Under the pieces are notes generated by a model that was given only the letters and a program-made list of their open reading frames with translations, was not told the origin of the DNA and did not search any database. This document shows, piece after piece, positions 11,200-24,420 of a stretch of 64,000 nt of DNA (the stretch's first letter is position 1; each line of letters opens with the position of its first letter). Source of the stretch: Camelus dromedarius. Its lineage: Eukaryota. The stretch spans positions 22,322,001-22,386,000 of the forward strand of contig NC_087436.1 of the NCBI RefSeq assembly GCF_036321535.1. The letters run 5' to 3'. A program made the translations under genes and the position numbers.

Positions 11200-11760
11200 A
11201 CTTGGAGGAAAGTGACAGAAAAAAAACTTAACTAGCTTAAACAAAAAGCAATTTCTTGACTCATAAACTGGAAAAGAGCAGGAGTTGAATTATAGGCTCA
11301 TCTGGTTATCTGATGTTTAAATCTTTAAATGATTATTTCAATTCTGTCTCTCTCTCCCTGTCTCTCTCTTTTTCTCCCTCCCTTCTCTCTCTCTCTCATC
11401 TCTTTCTCTACCCTGTCTTGTGGATTTTTTTTTTTTTTTTGGACTGTTCTTTCCCCTTAGTATCATTTTCCAGAAAAAGTCTGCCGGTTCAGGCTTACAC
11501 GGTGTTTTCACCTTATGTCTCCTAAGAAGAAAGAAATCCTTTCCCTCTCAGCAATCACATCAGTCCCCAAAAGGACTCTCCTCAGTCCCTGCATCCTGGG
11601 AGGAGATTCTGAGGGACCCATTTGGGCCCCTCTCCACCTCTGTGGCAGGTGAAGTGGGCATTTTGAATGACAGCTTCACCACATTCTATGACATTGGAAA
11701 TGATCGACTCCCAAGAGGAAAAGGCATGGGATAAAAAGGACATCCACTTCATCTGGGGAG
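11200..11760 (-). mobile_element. MaLR LTR (MLT1J/K-like) with (CT)n tract
   Basis: AAGTGACAGAAAA...AACTAGCTTAAACAAAAAG...GACTCATAAACTGGAAAAG matches the antisense 3' end of old MLT1 elements. Confidence 0.55.
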
Positions 11761-11860
11761 TGAGAATACTAAAAAAAAAAAAAAAAAAGCCTGGGAGCAA
11801 ACCCTCAGGATCTTTATTTAACATTAAGAAGATGGATTATATTAAAAGCAGCCTACTTTT

Positions 11861-12278
11861 TTTTTAAGTATAGTCAGTTTACAATGCATCAATTTCTGGT
11901 GTACAGCATAATGTGTCAGTCATACATATACATACATATATTGGTTTTCATATTCTGTTTCATTATAGGTTACTACAAGATATTGAATATAGTTCCCTGT
12001 GCTATATACAGAAGAAACATGTTTATCTGTTTTGTATATAGTAGTTAATATTTGCGAATCTTGAACTCCCAATTTATCCCTTCCCACCCCCCTACTCCCC
12101 AAGTAACCATAAATTTTTTTATTATGTCTGTGAATATATTTTTGTTTTGTAGATAAATTCATTAGTGTCTTGTTTTTTCTTTTTTAAGATTCCACATATG
12201 AGTGATGTCACACGGTATTTTTCTTTCTCTTTCTGACTTACGTCACTTAGAATGAAGATCTCCAGGTACATCCACCCG
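11861..12278 (-). mobile_element. Young lineage-specific L1, 5'-truncated 3' end
   Basis: Poly-T followed by AAGTATAGTCAGTTTACAATG...; degenerate 16-bp TSD at 11845-11860 and 12279-12294. Same family as the copies at 15392, 16669 and 44143. Confidence 0.85.
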
Positions 12279-12919
12279 AAAGCAGGCTGCTTTTGATAAG
12301 AATTATTTTACTGTAAAATTGCATTTTATTTTGGAGTTATATGCTAAAGTAACTAGTAAGATAACAGCGAAAAGCAATTTCACTGAAATAAATACGACTC
12401 AGGAAATGACTGTAACACTACAGTGAGAGGCAAGAGGTCTAATGGTGTCTGGATTTGCCGTTAACCCTGAGTGAATCAGTTCATTGCTACTTTCCATTTT
12501 CCCCTATGTAAACTGAAGACAGCATGACTCTCTCTATGCCTTTCCCTTGTTAGCTTCATGAACAAGTGAATTCACCTGAAGGCAAGGATTTTCTGAAGCA
12601 GACATTGCCTCCAAAATATGTTTTCCTTTCAGAGGTCCCTGAGTTGCTCCTAAAGAGATGTATGGACTTGAATTGGTTTGCTTTTAAAGGGAAATAAAAT
12701 AGAGGGCTAAACATCCTTTCACCTTTGCCTCATGTTTTTCAATGAGCAACATCCTGTAGGAAAATATTTGTGGTCTCTCATTACACATTGCACAAATTGT
12801 TATTCAGACAGTGACTTTTTTGATTGGTGAACGAGGACACAGCTGGATATGCATAGTTTAACCGCTATCTGTCTTCTTTTCTGATGTTTGTATACCTACA
12901 GATATGACATTCTCTTTTG

Positions 12920-15190
12920 GAAAATTGAATAGGAGGGGCTATTTCCCAACTCATTCCATGAGGCCAGTATTATCTTGATGTCAAAACCGGACAACAACAT
13001 TACACAGAAAGAAGACTGCTGATCAATATCACTCATCAAGTGATGAAAATTTTCTAAACAAAATATTAGCAAATCAAATTTAACTAGTAGGATTTATCAC
13101 AGGAATAACATGGTTTAACATTCGAAAATCAATCAGTGTAATGCATCATATTAACTAATTTAGAAAAGGAAAACTGTATGATCATCTCATGTATCATTTG
13201 ACAGAGTCCAAAATTCATTCCTAAGAAATAAAACTATCGGAAAACTAGGAATACAAGGGAAATTCCTCAGCTGATAAAAAGTATCTATACAAAATCTACA
13301 GTGAACATTTTACTTAATGGTAAAAGGCTGAATTATTTTCCTCTCCAATCAGGAACAAGACAAAAATGTCTACTCTCACTATTTTTGAAAATTTTACTGA
13401 CAGTTCTAGCCAGGTGAATAAAGCAAGAAAAATAAATAAAAATCACACAAATTATGAAAGAAGATGTAAAACTTTATTTGCACACAACGTGACCAACTAT
13501 TAACAATCCAGTGGAATCTACGTAAAAACTAGAAGTAATGAATGAATTTAATGAGGTTGCAGAACACAAGATCAATGTACAAAAATTAATTTTATTTCAA
13601 TATTTCTAGAAATCAATGTAAATGCAATAAAAGTATCATTTGCAAAGGTACACAGTTAAGTCAACTAATACAAGGATGGTTTTTACCCAGCAAATGGTGT
13701 TGGAACAATTGGATGTTCACAGGCAAAAAGTAAATCTTCATGAATACCTTAAACCTTATACAACAGTAAACTCAAAATGTAAATGTAAAACATAATACTA
13801 CAAAACTTCTAGATGAAAACATAGGGGAAAATATTTTTGACTTTGGGTTAGGCAAAGAGTTCTTACATATTACATCAAAAGAACAAACCATAAAAATAAA
13901 AGAATTGATAAATTGAACTTTATTGATTAGAAAGCTTTGCTGTGTATTTAACATTATTAAGAGAAGGAAAAGCCCAGCCATGGACTGGGGGAAAATATGA
14001 GTAAAACATATATCTAATGAAGGATTTGTATCTAAAAATATAAGTAACTCTTAATACTCAACAATAAGAAAACAAACTACTCAATTTGAAAAATCATGAC
14101 CAAAAGATCTGAATAGACGTCTTACCAAAGGAGATACATGGATGGCAAGTAAACACATGGAAAGATGCTCAACATTATTAGTCACTAGAGAAATACAAAT
14201 AAAAACCACGGTGAGATGTCACTACAGGCCCACTAGAATGGCCAAAACTGAAAAGATTTTACTGAACCAAATGACAGGGATGAATCTTAAAATAATCATG
14301 TTAAGTGAAAAAAGCTAGACAAAATAAGACCAAATACTATATGATTACATTTATAAAAAGAAAAGAAATATGAAAATAATGCCCCCAAATAATGTAAAAT
14401 TTGGAGGCAGTGAAAAGAAATTTTAAAGTAATATTTCTGTTTTGAAAGTACAAATTTTTGTTCATGTAGGCAATATTTTAGTTTAAGAAACATCTTTAAA
14501 ATTGAAGTTTATTGTTTTTTAAATTAATTACTAGTTTTAAAGCTAGAGAGTAAATAAAATAATTGTTGATTTTTATTGATTATTACTGAAAATGATTTTG
14601 TTTGTTTGGATGAAGATGTATTTAAAAAATGATGTGTCCTGGTGTCAAATACACTGTCGGGATGTAGGCTCAACAGAAATGCATAATGCATACATCCATG
14701 CTCCCAAACATTTATAAGAATGCTTACAGAAATATTAGTCATAATATTCCAAAATAGTAAATAATCTAGAAAACCATCAATAATACAATTGATAAATTTC
14801 GTTATATTCATTTAATGAAATTCTATACAACAATGAAAAAAGATGAACCAGTGCTACATATAAAAATTTTGAAAATGCAGACAAAATTTTGTGTGAAAGA
14901 AGTCTAAGACACAAAAGTAATACATCATAAATGATTCAACTTATATACATTCAAATAAAGAAAAAAAAAACGAATCTATAGTGCCAGAAGTTAGAACAGT
15001 CATTACTTGGAGGAGGAGGAACAAAAGGTACCTGAAAAGGGCCATAGGGTTGACTTCTGGCATGGCGGTGATGGTCTATTTCTCGCCTGAGGTAGTAATA
15101 CCATGGGTGTATTCATTTTGGGATAAGCTATCAAACTTCCTTCTTATGATCTGCACACTTTTCTAAAATATGTTATTTATTTTAAAAAAA
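12920..15190 (+). mobile_element. Old L1 (L1M) ORF2 and 3' UTR fragments
   Basis: Translates at ~12945 as PNSFHEASIILMSKPD, resembling L1 ORF2 PNSFYEASIILIPKP. Further ORF2 remnants contain many stops and deletions, followed by an L1M 3' UTR. Confidence 0.85.
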
Positions 15191-15391
15191 AGCTAAAGAA
15201 CAAAAGAGAATCACCCTCTACTGGGCAGCCTCTAGTTAGCTCTGAAAGTTATTCTTTAAAAGAAGAATGCTGCTAATTGAGTTCACCTTTGTAGATCATG
15301 AGCTCCAGATAGCCTGGATGGCCTAAAATCAAGATTTTTCACCATCTGTCTTTTCCTCTTTAAATGCCATTTGAGTTTCTGTATGGTCTTT

Positions 15392-15487
15392 TTTTTCCTC
15401 CTAAGTCGATTATTTATCTATCTATCTATGTATCTATTTAATATTTTAAATTGAAGTATAGTCAGTTTACAATGTGTCAATTTCTGG
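15392..15487 (-). mobile_element. Extremely 5'-truncated young L1 with a short extra 3' segment
   Basis: 20-bp TSD with one mismatch at 15372-15391 and 15488-15507. About 45 bp of L1 terminus plus a (TATC)n tract, a unique 14-mer and poly-T. Confidence 0.8.
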
Positions 15488-16668
15488 TGAGTTTCTGCAT
15501 GGTCTTTGGTAACACTGAGTACTGAGTTCTGACTTAAAGGCAGGGAGTAGCTTGTTTTTTATATCAAGTACAGGCCACTGACAACTGTATATGTATCTGT
15601 TGTTAACTCTGGATGCTTTAAAATTAAGAATCTAAGAGATTTGCCATTAACTACAACTTCTGGGGCTGTGAGAGAACTGTGTTCATGCCAGAGCAGCAGC
15701 TTAGACTATAGCTGCTGAAGAAACTGCAACTCTGCCCAGATGCAAAACTCCCTCGGGCGGAGACTGAACATGGAATGAATTGGTGAAGTCTGAAATTCTC
15801 TTGGATTTGTAATTCATAAGGACAAGATACTTGGAATTTTCACTCTAAAATTCCTTTAGATTTTGGCATCTTAGCATTGTAACTTACAAGAGGATTTAGT
15901 TTGCAGATTTTAAATCTCCCTTAGAATTTAATAATGGAAATAAATTTGGGCATCTTTATTTGTTGTCATTTTATATTGGCTCCCTTTTACATTGTTCTTT
16001 ATTCTTATTTTGAAATCTTATTCCATTTTGGGCAATATGGATGCATCTAATTTGGGAAATAAAATCGAGAGTGAAATATAGAGAGCTTGGAGTTATTTAG
16101 TATTCTCTTTTGACTCACTGAAGAACTCTCTGGTGGTGATAAAGCCATCCCAGAAGTATCAACAAAAGGTCTTTGACTACTTTGTGGGGTGTAGCTTTAG
16201 GAAGGTAGAAACATAACTCTAGAAGAGTTTTGGTTTTCTCCTCCAAGTTAACCACTGATGTATTGGTTGAATAGAATGGGTCACTACAGCAGCAGCTGGA
16301 GAATATTACTGTGAGTGAGGGGGGTACCTCTATTCCTCCGTGGATATAGAGGCACTTCCATTACAGCCGCATTCCTGGTGTATCTCACTCCCATACTCAG
16401 TCCACCCCAGAAAGAAGGATAATAGATCTGGCTAACAAATTTGGGAAAGAAAGTCAGCATATATAACTATACCTTCCGCTCTTCATCTTTACTTTGGGAT
16501 TTTCCAGCTGTAGAAATCATGGACGTGACACAGGTTTACTGACCCTGTTGGGGAATCCAGCAGTTTTCTGGGGCCTGGGTGGGTAAGTTTGCCTAATGCT
16601 GAGTTTTAGCATCAGTGGGCTTTGTACCATGGCATCCCTGGGCCACATTCCCTTGATGACTACATTTA

Positions 16669-16908
16669 TTCACTTGTGTATTTGTTTATTAAAATTTTTA
16701 TTGAAGTGTAGTCAGATTACAGTGTTGTATTAATTTCTGGCATATAACATTGTGATTCAGTTATTCCCCTCATGTTCTCTTTCATTATGAACCACTACAA
16801 GGTATTGCATATGGTTCCCCGTGCTATACGGTAGGACCTTGGTGTTCGTCTTTTTATATATAGTAGTTTGTATCTGCAAATTCTGAATTCCCAACTTATC
16901 CTTCCACC
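16669..16908 (-). mobile_element. L1 3' end, part of an L1/5S chimeric insertion
   Basis: Collinear with the L1 copies at 11861 and 44143. TSD TGATGACTACATTTA at 16654-16668 and 16944-16958. Confidence 0.85.
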
Positions 16909-16947
16909 TGGCCATAACACCCTGAACTCACCCAATTCTCGTCTGAT
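16909..16947 (+). pseudogene. 5S rRNA-derived fragment (approx. nt 6-43), inverted relative to the adjacent L1
   Basis: TGGCCATAACACCCTGAACTCACCCAATTCTCGTCTGAT versus mammalian 5S CGGCCATACCACCCTGAACGCGCCCGATCTCGTCTGAT. Most differences fall at CpG positions. It lacks the internal Pol III promoter. Confidence 0.85.
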
Positions 16948-16999
16948 GACTACATTTAAAATGCTGAGATTGATTTACAGTTTCAGTCCAGAAATACAC

Positions 17000-18450
17000 A
17001 GCTGAAAAGAATATTGTTCTCACCCTTACAACAAAGGTAATACTGCATGAACTGTAAACTAATGACTTTTCTTCAACTTATCACACAGCTGAGCTTCCAT
17101 TAAGACCCATATCTACTAACTCTCAGAGAAAACAAAGGTTTTAATTAATGGAAGGAAGGGAAATAAAGACTGGCACTGGTAGAAACCCACAAGGGCTAGA
17201 GAGAGGGAAAAGCAAGCAAGCAAGCAAGCTTTAGCCCTGAGGGAGGGTTAGGAGTACATGGCAGACCCAATATTACAGCAGGAAGAGGGGCAGGAGCACT
17301 TGTAAAGGTCACACACCTGAGGCCCAGGGACACATGTCCTGCTTAAAACTAAGAGACTTAATCCCATCATCACAGAGCACCCCCATTCCCTTGTCCCCAA
17401 CACCAGGCTATGAAACCTGAAGTAAAAACAAAAAGTGGACTACACAGAGAAGAGGTGCAAATGGCAGACCCTTTGTGGAGTGCAGTACAGAGGTGAGACC
17501 CACAGCCAAGTGTGAAGCACCACTGAGGACATAACCCCTAGCAAATCAGCTCTCCCCCTGAACACAAGGAATCACTAAAGAACCCTGAAGCCCTGTGGGT
17601 TACAGATGATAAGTGTGACAACAAAACTCGAACCCAGCCTAATTCTGAACTAGATTAGCACAAATCCCCATAAAAGAGGCCTAGAAGAAGGAAAGGCATG
17701 CTCATCTCCATGCATAAAAACATTAGCCTTAGTATCTATTGTCCTAAAAAGCATGCTCAGCATTTAATAAATAAATACAAAATTCGAGAATAAACACATC
17801 TCCAAAGTACAGAGCACTCAGAACCAGTCTCATATGACACCAAGGTAAAAGGTCTCAGAGAAGTAATTTAAATTAACTATGACTGATAGGCTCAGTGTAA
17901 AATATACACAATATGCAAATCAGATGGGAACCTAGAGTGAGAGAAAAAACTATGTAAGAGAATCAAATGGGAATGTTGGATATTAAAAATACATCAAAAT
18001 ATATGAAGAATGTCCTTGAGTCTTATCAGTAGACTCAACACAGCCCAAAAAAGAATCAATGACCTTGAAGATAGATTATGAGAAATTACCTGAACTGAAA
18101 GGCAAGGAGAAAAAGAGTAGGAGAAAAAGAGTAGAAGAAAAACAAAACAAAATAAAGAACACAACAGAGATTCCAAGAGGTATGAAATAATAGCAAAAGT
18201 TCTAATATATGAGTAATAGGAAACCTTAAAAGATAATGAGAACAGGGTAGAAGAAATATTTGAAAAAGCAATAGCAGAGAATTGGCCAGAATTAATGACA
18301 AACACAAAACTATACACAAAAGAAACTCATACAATAAAGAGGAGGAAAAAAACTAGGTGCATCATATACAAACTGCTGAAGACGAATGACCAAGAGAAAA
18401 TTGAAATGAAGGTATCCGCAAAAATAAAACACAGTATATCCAGGAAAGCC
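17000..18450 (+). mobile_element. Old L1 5' region and ORF1 remnant
   Basis: Around 18030 it translates RLNTAQKRINDLEDRL, resembling the L1 ORF1 coiled coil. A-rich strand bias. Confidence 0.75.
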
Positions 18451-18689
18451 AGAAACTGTTCATTTTTTATTTTCTTAAAGAAGCAGCTTAGATTGCTGAC
18501 TTCAGATATTTCTTCTTCTCTAAAATAAGAAATTAATATACAATGAATTGCCCTCCATTGCTTGAATTACATAGTGCATAGTTGATATGTTGAATTTTTC
18601 CGTTCATTCAGTTCAAATTTATGTCTGCCATCGGCTTTTTAATTCCTATATGCCTCATGTCTACATTACAAATATCTGACATAATCACA

Positions 18690-20060
18690 AGAAAAGGAGG
18701 AGGGACGAAAACAGTGTTTTGACTGTATACTGTAAGGCTAAAGAGGAAAAGAACTGTAATAAACACTGTATTCTAGTTCATAAATTGTTCTCACTTGAGT
18801 ACAAGTTAGTAATTTTGAGCCTCCAGCTACACTATAGTTGAACAAATAAATAATTATTTTATAGATGATGAGAGCCGAGTTTCTCCCTGAGGAGATAGTT
18901 ACAAATAAGGAAAGTAAACTCGGTGGTACTAAATTAGAATCAGAGAAATCAGTATAAATTCGTGTTTATATGTAAGTATACACATACATGTATGAAGATG
19001 TACACGTGTATGTATACACACAGATAGGTGGATTCAGAAATATAGATTTATGTATATACTTAGAAAGATATGCATGCATACATTTCTTTGCTTTATGCAT
19101 TAAAAGGACCTAGAAGAAATCACACACCAGTAGCAATGAGAACACCTAGCACCTGGATACTGGTTTCTAAATTCCAATTTCTAATAAAAGGAACCAAGAT
19201 TACTTGGATAAATGGTTTATTCCAGGGTAAGGGCAGAGAAAGTGCAGATGAATCTGGATCATCTTGAGGTACCAGAAAGTAAAGACAAAATAATCAAATT
19301 TTTAAAAAAGAACAAAAATTTAAAAAGAACACAATGGGAACATATCAAAAAAACACAAGGGCCAACTTGAATGAGCCCCAATGGCCACAGTTAGAACAAT
19401 TAGAACCAAGGAAACAAGATTATAATCACAAAAGAAATAATGATAGTATTGGATGATAAACTGCAGAATAAAATAAGCACATGATAAAAATAAATTATTG
19501 CATCAATAAATAAATGAGGGAGAAGAGACAACTTACCCTTACAGAGAATTCCAACTGATGGATACAGAAGGAAGGACTGTAGAAAGTCACCATTATCAAT
19601 TACTCTCACCATCACTAATAATGAAATATATTGATATCATGTACCTTCTGTCAGGATGCAATAATTAGAAAGGCAAGTCATCTCTCTGGTATTTCCCCTC
19701 ATCCATAAACTCAGTCTTACAATGAAAAACACTCAGATAGATCCAGATTAAGGAACAGTCACAAAAAAACTAACCAGTACTTTTCAAAATTGCCAAAGTC
19801 ATCAGTTACAAAGAAACACTGAGGACTGTGACAGAGGAGGGGACTAAGGATACAGGACAACTAAACACAGTTGGGACTCCGGGTGGATCCTGGACCAGAA
19901 ACAGGGAAATCAAAATAAAGTCTCTGTTTTTTTCACTAGTACTGTATCAATGGTTATGTAACATGTTACCATTAGGAGGAGCTAGGTGGAAGTTTTCAAG
20001 AAATCTGTATTAACTTAACAACTCTTCTGTAAGTCTAAAATTATCTAAAAATTTAGAAAA
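18690..20060 (+). mobile_element. L1MC/L1MD-type 3' UTR
   Basis: Typical L1MC/MD 3' motifs, ending in ...AACTCTTCTGTAAGTCTAAAATTATCTAAAA. Confidence 0.75.
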
Positions 20061-21384
20061 AATTCAGTGCTTGTCTTCATCTCTGACAGCCTTACTTATT
20101 GTCTACCTCCTAATCTGTTCAGAACATAGACAGAAAAAAGGAGGTACTATATTAATTCCTTAAAATCTCCCTTAAAAATAACTCTTGTTAGAATTAATAG
20201 TTTAAAACTGTGCAATGTGATAATGAATAATAGATTAAGTGATTTTTCTACCACAATTTTATCACTCATCTTTTAAAAATTGGCAGAACCCCCTAAGAAT
20301 ATTGTGTATGAGAAATTTATTTGAATTGTTTCTGCATTTAGTAAATCTTTTTAGTAAATATAATTTTGAAAAGTTTTAGGTAGAGGCTGAGGCAAGAGAC
20401 CAGATACAAATACCTGAGAGAAAAACTGACAGTTTAAGTATGATTTTAAAATTCTTGATGTAAAATTATGGCTTATGAAAATAATTCACTTTTCTCATAA
20501 AAAAATAAAATAAAATAAAAATATTTTGAGACATTTATTGAAATTATTATTTCTTAGAATATGTTTCTGAGGAGGAAAACTGCAAAGATATTAAATATTT
20601 TGTTCTATATCTGAGGGATGACAGTAGAAATTAGATTTTAATTCTGTTTTAAGATAAATACACATTTTTTTGCCTTTACATTTATTTCTAGACTAATATC
20701 TTTTATAGTATGGATTTTTTTTCCATTTAAAGTATCCGAGCATCCAACATGTACTGCTGAGAGGATTGTAAAAAGCTTTTCTGTATGAATTAATTCGTAT
20801 TTCACAGACATTGCATATATAATAGTTTAAAATCTTTAGATCAGCTTAGACCAAATGCTGAAAATATTCTGGATAAGGGAGAAAAAAAAGCACTTAGACA
20901 AATGGAAGCAAGTGCACACATTATCTGACTTTTAATACCTTGGAACCAGAAACCAGTAAGAGACTACCAAAAAACTTTTTAAATATATTAAGATGTGTAA
21001 TGAATTCTCAAGAAGACAAAAGAAGAAACTTGCCTGGAATGTGTGATTGATTTTGCTCACATATGCTTCACTATTGTGCAGAAAAAAAGATTTGAAGATG
21101 ACGGAGTAAATCATCAAGAAAGCTAAAAAAGCACCTGCTGCTGTTCCATTAAATCCAGAGTCAGTGAGATGAGCAAACAGAGGTTGCTTACTTACATGAT
21201 ACAATTTTAACTACCTAGAAAGCTCAGCATGGACTTCTGTATAAATTTTAATGCATTATAGGCATTCAATAACTGCTTAATGAGTTGAACTGACCTTTGA
21301 TCAGAGAAGGCTATGCTGGCGCTGAGGTATCGAATAAAATATATTTCTTCTTAAATGGAATAAAGGCAACAAAACAACTACAAC

Positions 21385-21768
21385 TATTAAAATACAAAAT
21401 TTAATTGAGTAAATTTTAAAGATCTTATTAGATTTTCTCAATGATTCATGAATCAGGCGGTAGCCAGCCTAGCAGGTAGAAAGATGTTGTGAGGAGCTGT
21501 ACAAAATGAAAGGCCTATAGACAGAAGGGAGCAGGAACAAGGAAGCTATTCTAGGCAAAAAGTAGGCTGGTTATAGTAAGATGAGGTTCCTTTAGGAGAT
21601 GGCAGGTTTCTATCAGACAGATGACCTCATTAGGACTGATCAGAGGATTCCTGATTGATGATCTAGGATTTCAAGATTTCTTGGGGAGGCAAAACTGTGA
21701 TTAAGTTAAAACTCTGGTGGGCTTAGCATAAGTGATTCCATTTGGGGACCACTGTATTGTTTTTAAAA
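21385..21768 (-). mobile_element. ERV1-like solo LTR
   Basis: Degenerate TG..CA-type ends (TATTAAAA...TTTTAAAA), near-TSD CAAC/CTAC, and a minus-strand CCCCAAATGGA motif near the 5' end. Confidence 0.6.
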
Positions 21769-23084
21769 CTACTACATCTTTTTCTGCTGAGTACTGCTTA
21801 TTGTACTGTATCTCTCTGTAAAGTTATTTTCTATGTAGGGGTTAATAGAATATTTTTCCTCATTTGGGGTATTTTATATTTTTGGTTTGTTTGTTTTGTC
21901 TTGGACAGAGAGCCATCTGCCTAAAATGATGCATGTATCGTTTTATCTGAAAAGATAATGGCCCATCAAAAATGGAATCTATTCTTGCTCTAACTCCTCT
22001 TTGTTCTGAGTGTAATTTTAAAACAGAAATATTAGAGAAGTGACTATCAGACATAAAAGTAGTAAAACTACAAAATAGGTGAACTCTCCTATTGGCTTAC
22101 TAGTGTTTCTGTGTCAGAAAAAGTTTGATCTCTTTTGCTTAGTTTCCTCCATTTTTAAATGGAGTCAGTATGGACCATCCAAAACACACGGAAAGAAATG
22201 ATTTATTTTCTTGAAAAAGTATAGTATTTTAAAAGACCTGAAGCCCTTGGATCTTGAGTATCATTTGTGGATAAGACATTGTTAGCTGCATTGTGAATTC
22301 TTTTTTGCATGCTATTTTTGACTGATGTGATCTATCAATTTGAGCAAGTAAAATTGTTTTCTGATTTTTTAGTGTCCTAATAAAAGAATAGAAATGCATC
22401 GTCTTATTTTAGCTCTGCAAGATAACCACAAATGTCCTTAAGATGTCTGCTATTCTAAATGAATGAAATCCTTTTGTATATTGGACTTCTACTAACCAGG
22501 AATTGCATTTTCACCTGTGCTACTAGCATTCTTCTTTCCTCTTAACCATCTTTGATATGTTATTCCCAAATCATAGTTCTAAAATCATCGGTTATTTCTA
22601 CCTTTGTTTTACAGTTTTACCTTATTGATAACTAGGACCATCAGGTAAGTAAAAGAACTCTCTCAGAGAGAATGAGTTGTAATCAGTTTAGAAACCATCT
22701 TTTATTTGTCTAATTGGGCAGAGCAAGTGTCCTGGTCCTTTCTGTGAGGTAGGAAGGAATAATCATCATTTTTATTTTGCAAAGTAGAAAACCAAAAACA
22801 TAGAGTGGAACTCATCCCATGCCTGAAGAGCTCACATCCCTGAACTCATCCAATTGCAAGTCACATGTTACAACTTTGATGAGTTGTGTATACGTATCAC
22901 TCTCCCAAATATCAGAGTGAGATGCTGGAAACCCACCACTGCAACACAAATCAGAATTTGTTTTCTTCATACCAATGCTTCCTTCGGGAAGTTGTACATA
23001 AAGAAGCATTTTTCTCAGACTAGTGGAAACTTGTCGATCACTTTGGAATAAACTCAGTTACACAAACTGGACCATGAATAGATA

Positions 23085-23400
23085 CAGTTCACGTCAACCA
23101 ATATCTATTGAGCACACAGTATGTGCTGGGCACTGGGGTGGAGGATGGTTCTGAAGAATAAACAAGGTTTCACAATGTAATGGATAAGATAGCCAAGAGA
23201 GCTACAATTTTTGAATTATAAGGAGTGATTTAAAAGTACAAGGGAAGGGCATTTTGCTGGTCTTGAATAGGAAGAAAGGATAAAGGAAAGCTTGCTGGAG
23301 GGTACTGAAGTTAAATCCTGAAATATACACAGGGTTAGCTAGGAGAACAGATTAAAACATTTTACACTAAATCACCCAGCAAAGCTTCAGAGTGAAAAAT
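23085..23400 (-). mobile_element. L2 3' fragment
   Basis: TCAACCAATATCTATTGAGCACACAGTATGTGCTGGGCACTGGG matches the antisense L2 terminus. Confidence 0.65.
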
Positions 23401-24224
23401 TGGTGTGATTACCAGCTGCTCCATGTTCTAAATCTAGTAGTGGTTGCAACAAAATTATTTACAGGAAGAATAAAAACAAACAAACAAACAAACAGGTTTA
23501 ATCAAGAAGGTGAGGTAAGAGATACGGTAATTCTTTTACCAAGAAGAATGTAGCCATCATGAGTTGCCTTTGGGCATGCCCCAATTTACCATATTCTTTA
23601 AAGTCTGTCTGATCATATGCTAGGTTCATGCTCAGTTTTAAATTCCAGATAAAAAGTTCATCTTTAAAATTGAAAACAACCTATTTATATTTATTTATTC
23701 ATGAGGATTCTAAATGGACAGCAGCAAGATGGGCTTATGCAGTTAAAAGTGTGTGTGTGTGTGTGTATTCACACATCCCAAACAATACAACTCTATTTGC
23801 ATTAAACTTATTAAGTCAAATCAATTTTACAGACATATGGGCTAGATAGAGCTTTGGCATTTAATTCCTCTTGATCTTCCACCTGGTAAATTTTATTTTC
23901 CACTGTGCTTCCCTGCAATTTATTTTTAACATTGTATTTGTTTGGACATCATTAACACAGAAAATAGCATCCTAGGAGTGGTAAGGTGCCGTAGAGCATT
24001 TCAGATATTTCAGTGAGAAAACAATCCGATTCACATACTCAGGTCTTTTTGTCACACAGTCAAATAAAGTTGGAAATACATTTTATTCATGAAGTCTGGA
24101 AATACTTAATTATTAGGTAGACCCCAAGGGTGTGCTGATCAATGAGCTACATAGGGAAAAAGAGAAATCCGTAGCATACTTCTCACTCCCCCAAGGTATA
24201 TACCTTAGATGGGGAGAATCAATT

Positions 24225-24420
24225 ATTATTTGCTGAGCATCTGTTATATGCTGGCTCAGGGATAGCCACTCTGTTACACTTTACCTCATTCAATTTTCAG
24301 AACAACAATGTAAGGTCAGGAAATAGAGCTCAGAACCGTGAAGCGGTCTGCTGTCAGTCACATGGCTAGAATTCAAACCAGGACTTCTGACTCCAAACTG
24401 ATGCTCTTTGAACCACGCCT
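24225..24420 (-). mobile_element. MIR SINE
   Basis: ATTTGCTGAGCATCTGTTATATGCTGG...GTCACATGGCTAG...ATTCAAACCAGGACTTCTGACTCCAAA. Confidence 0.75.

Noticed and set aside
16909..16947. Functional 5S rRNA gene
   Set aside because: Only about 39 nt of the 5' part is present, it is CpG-decayed, and it lacks boxes A and C.
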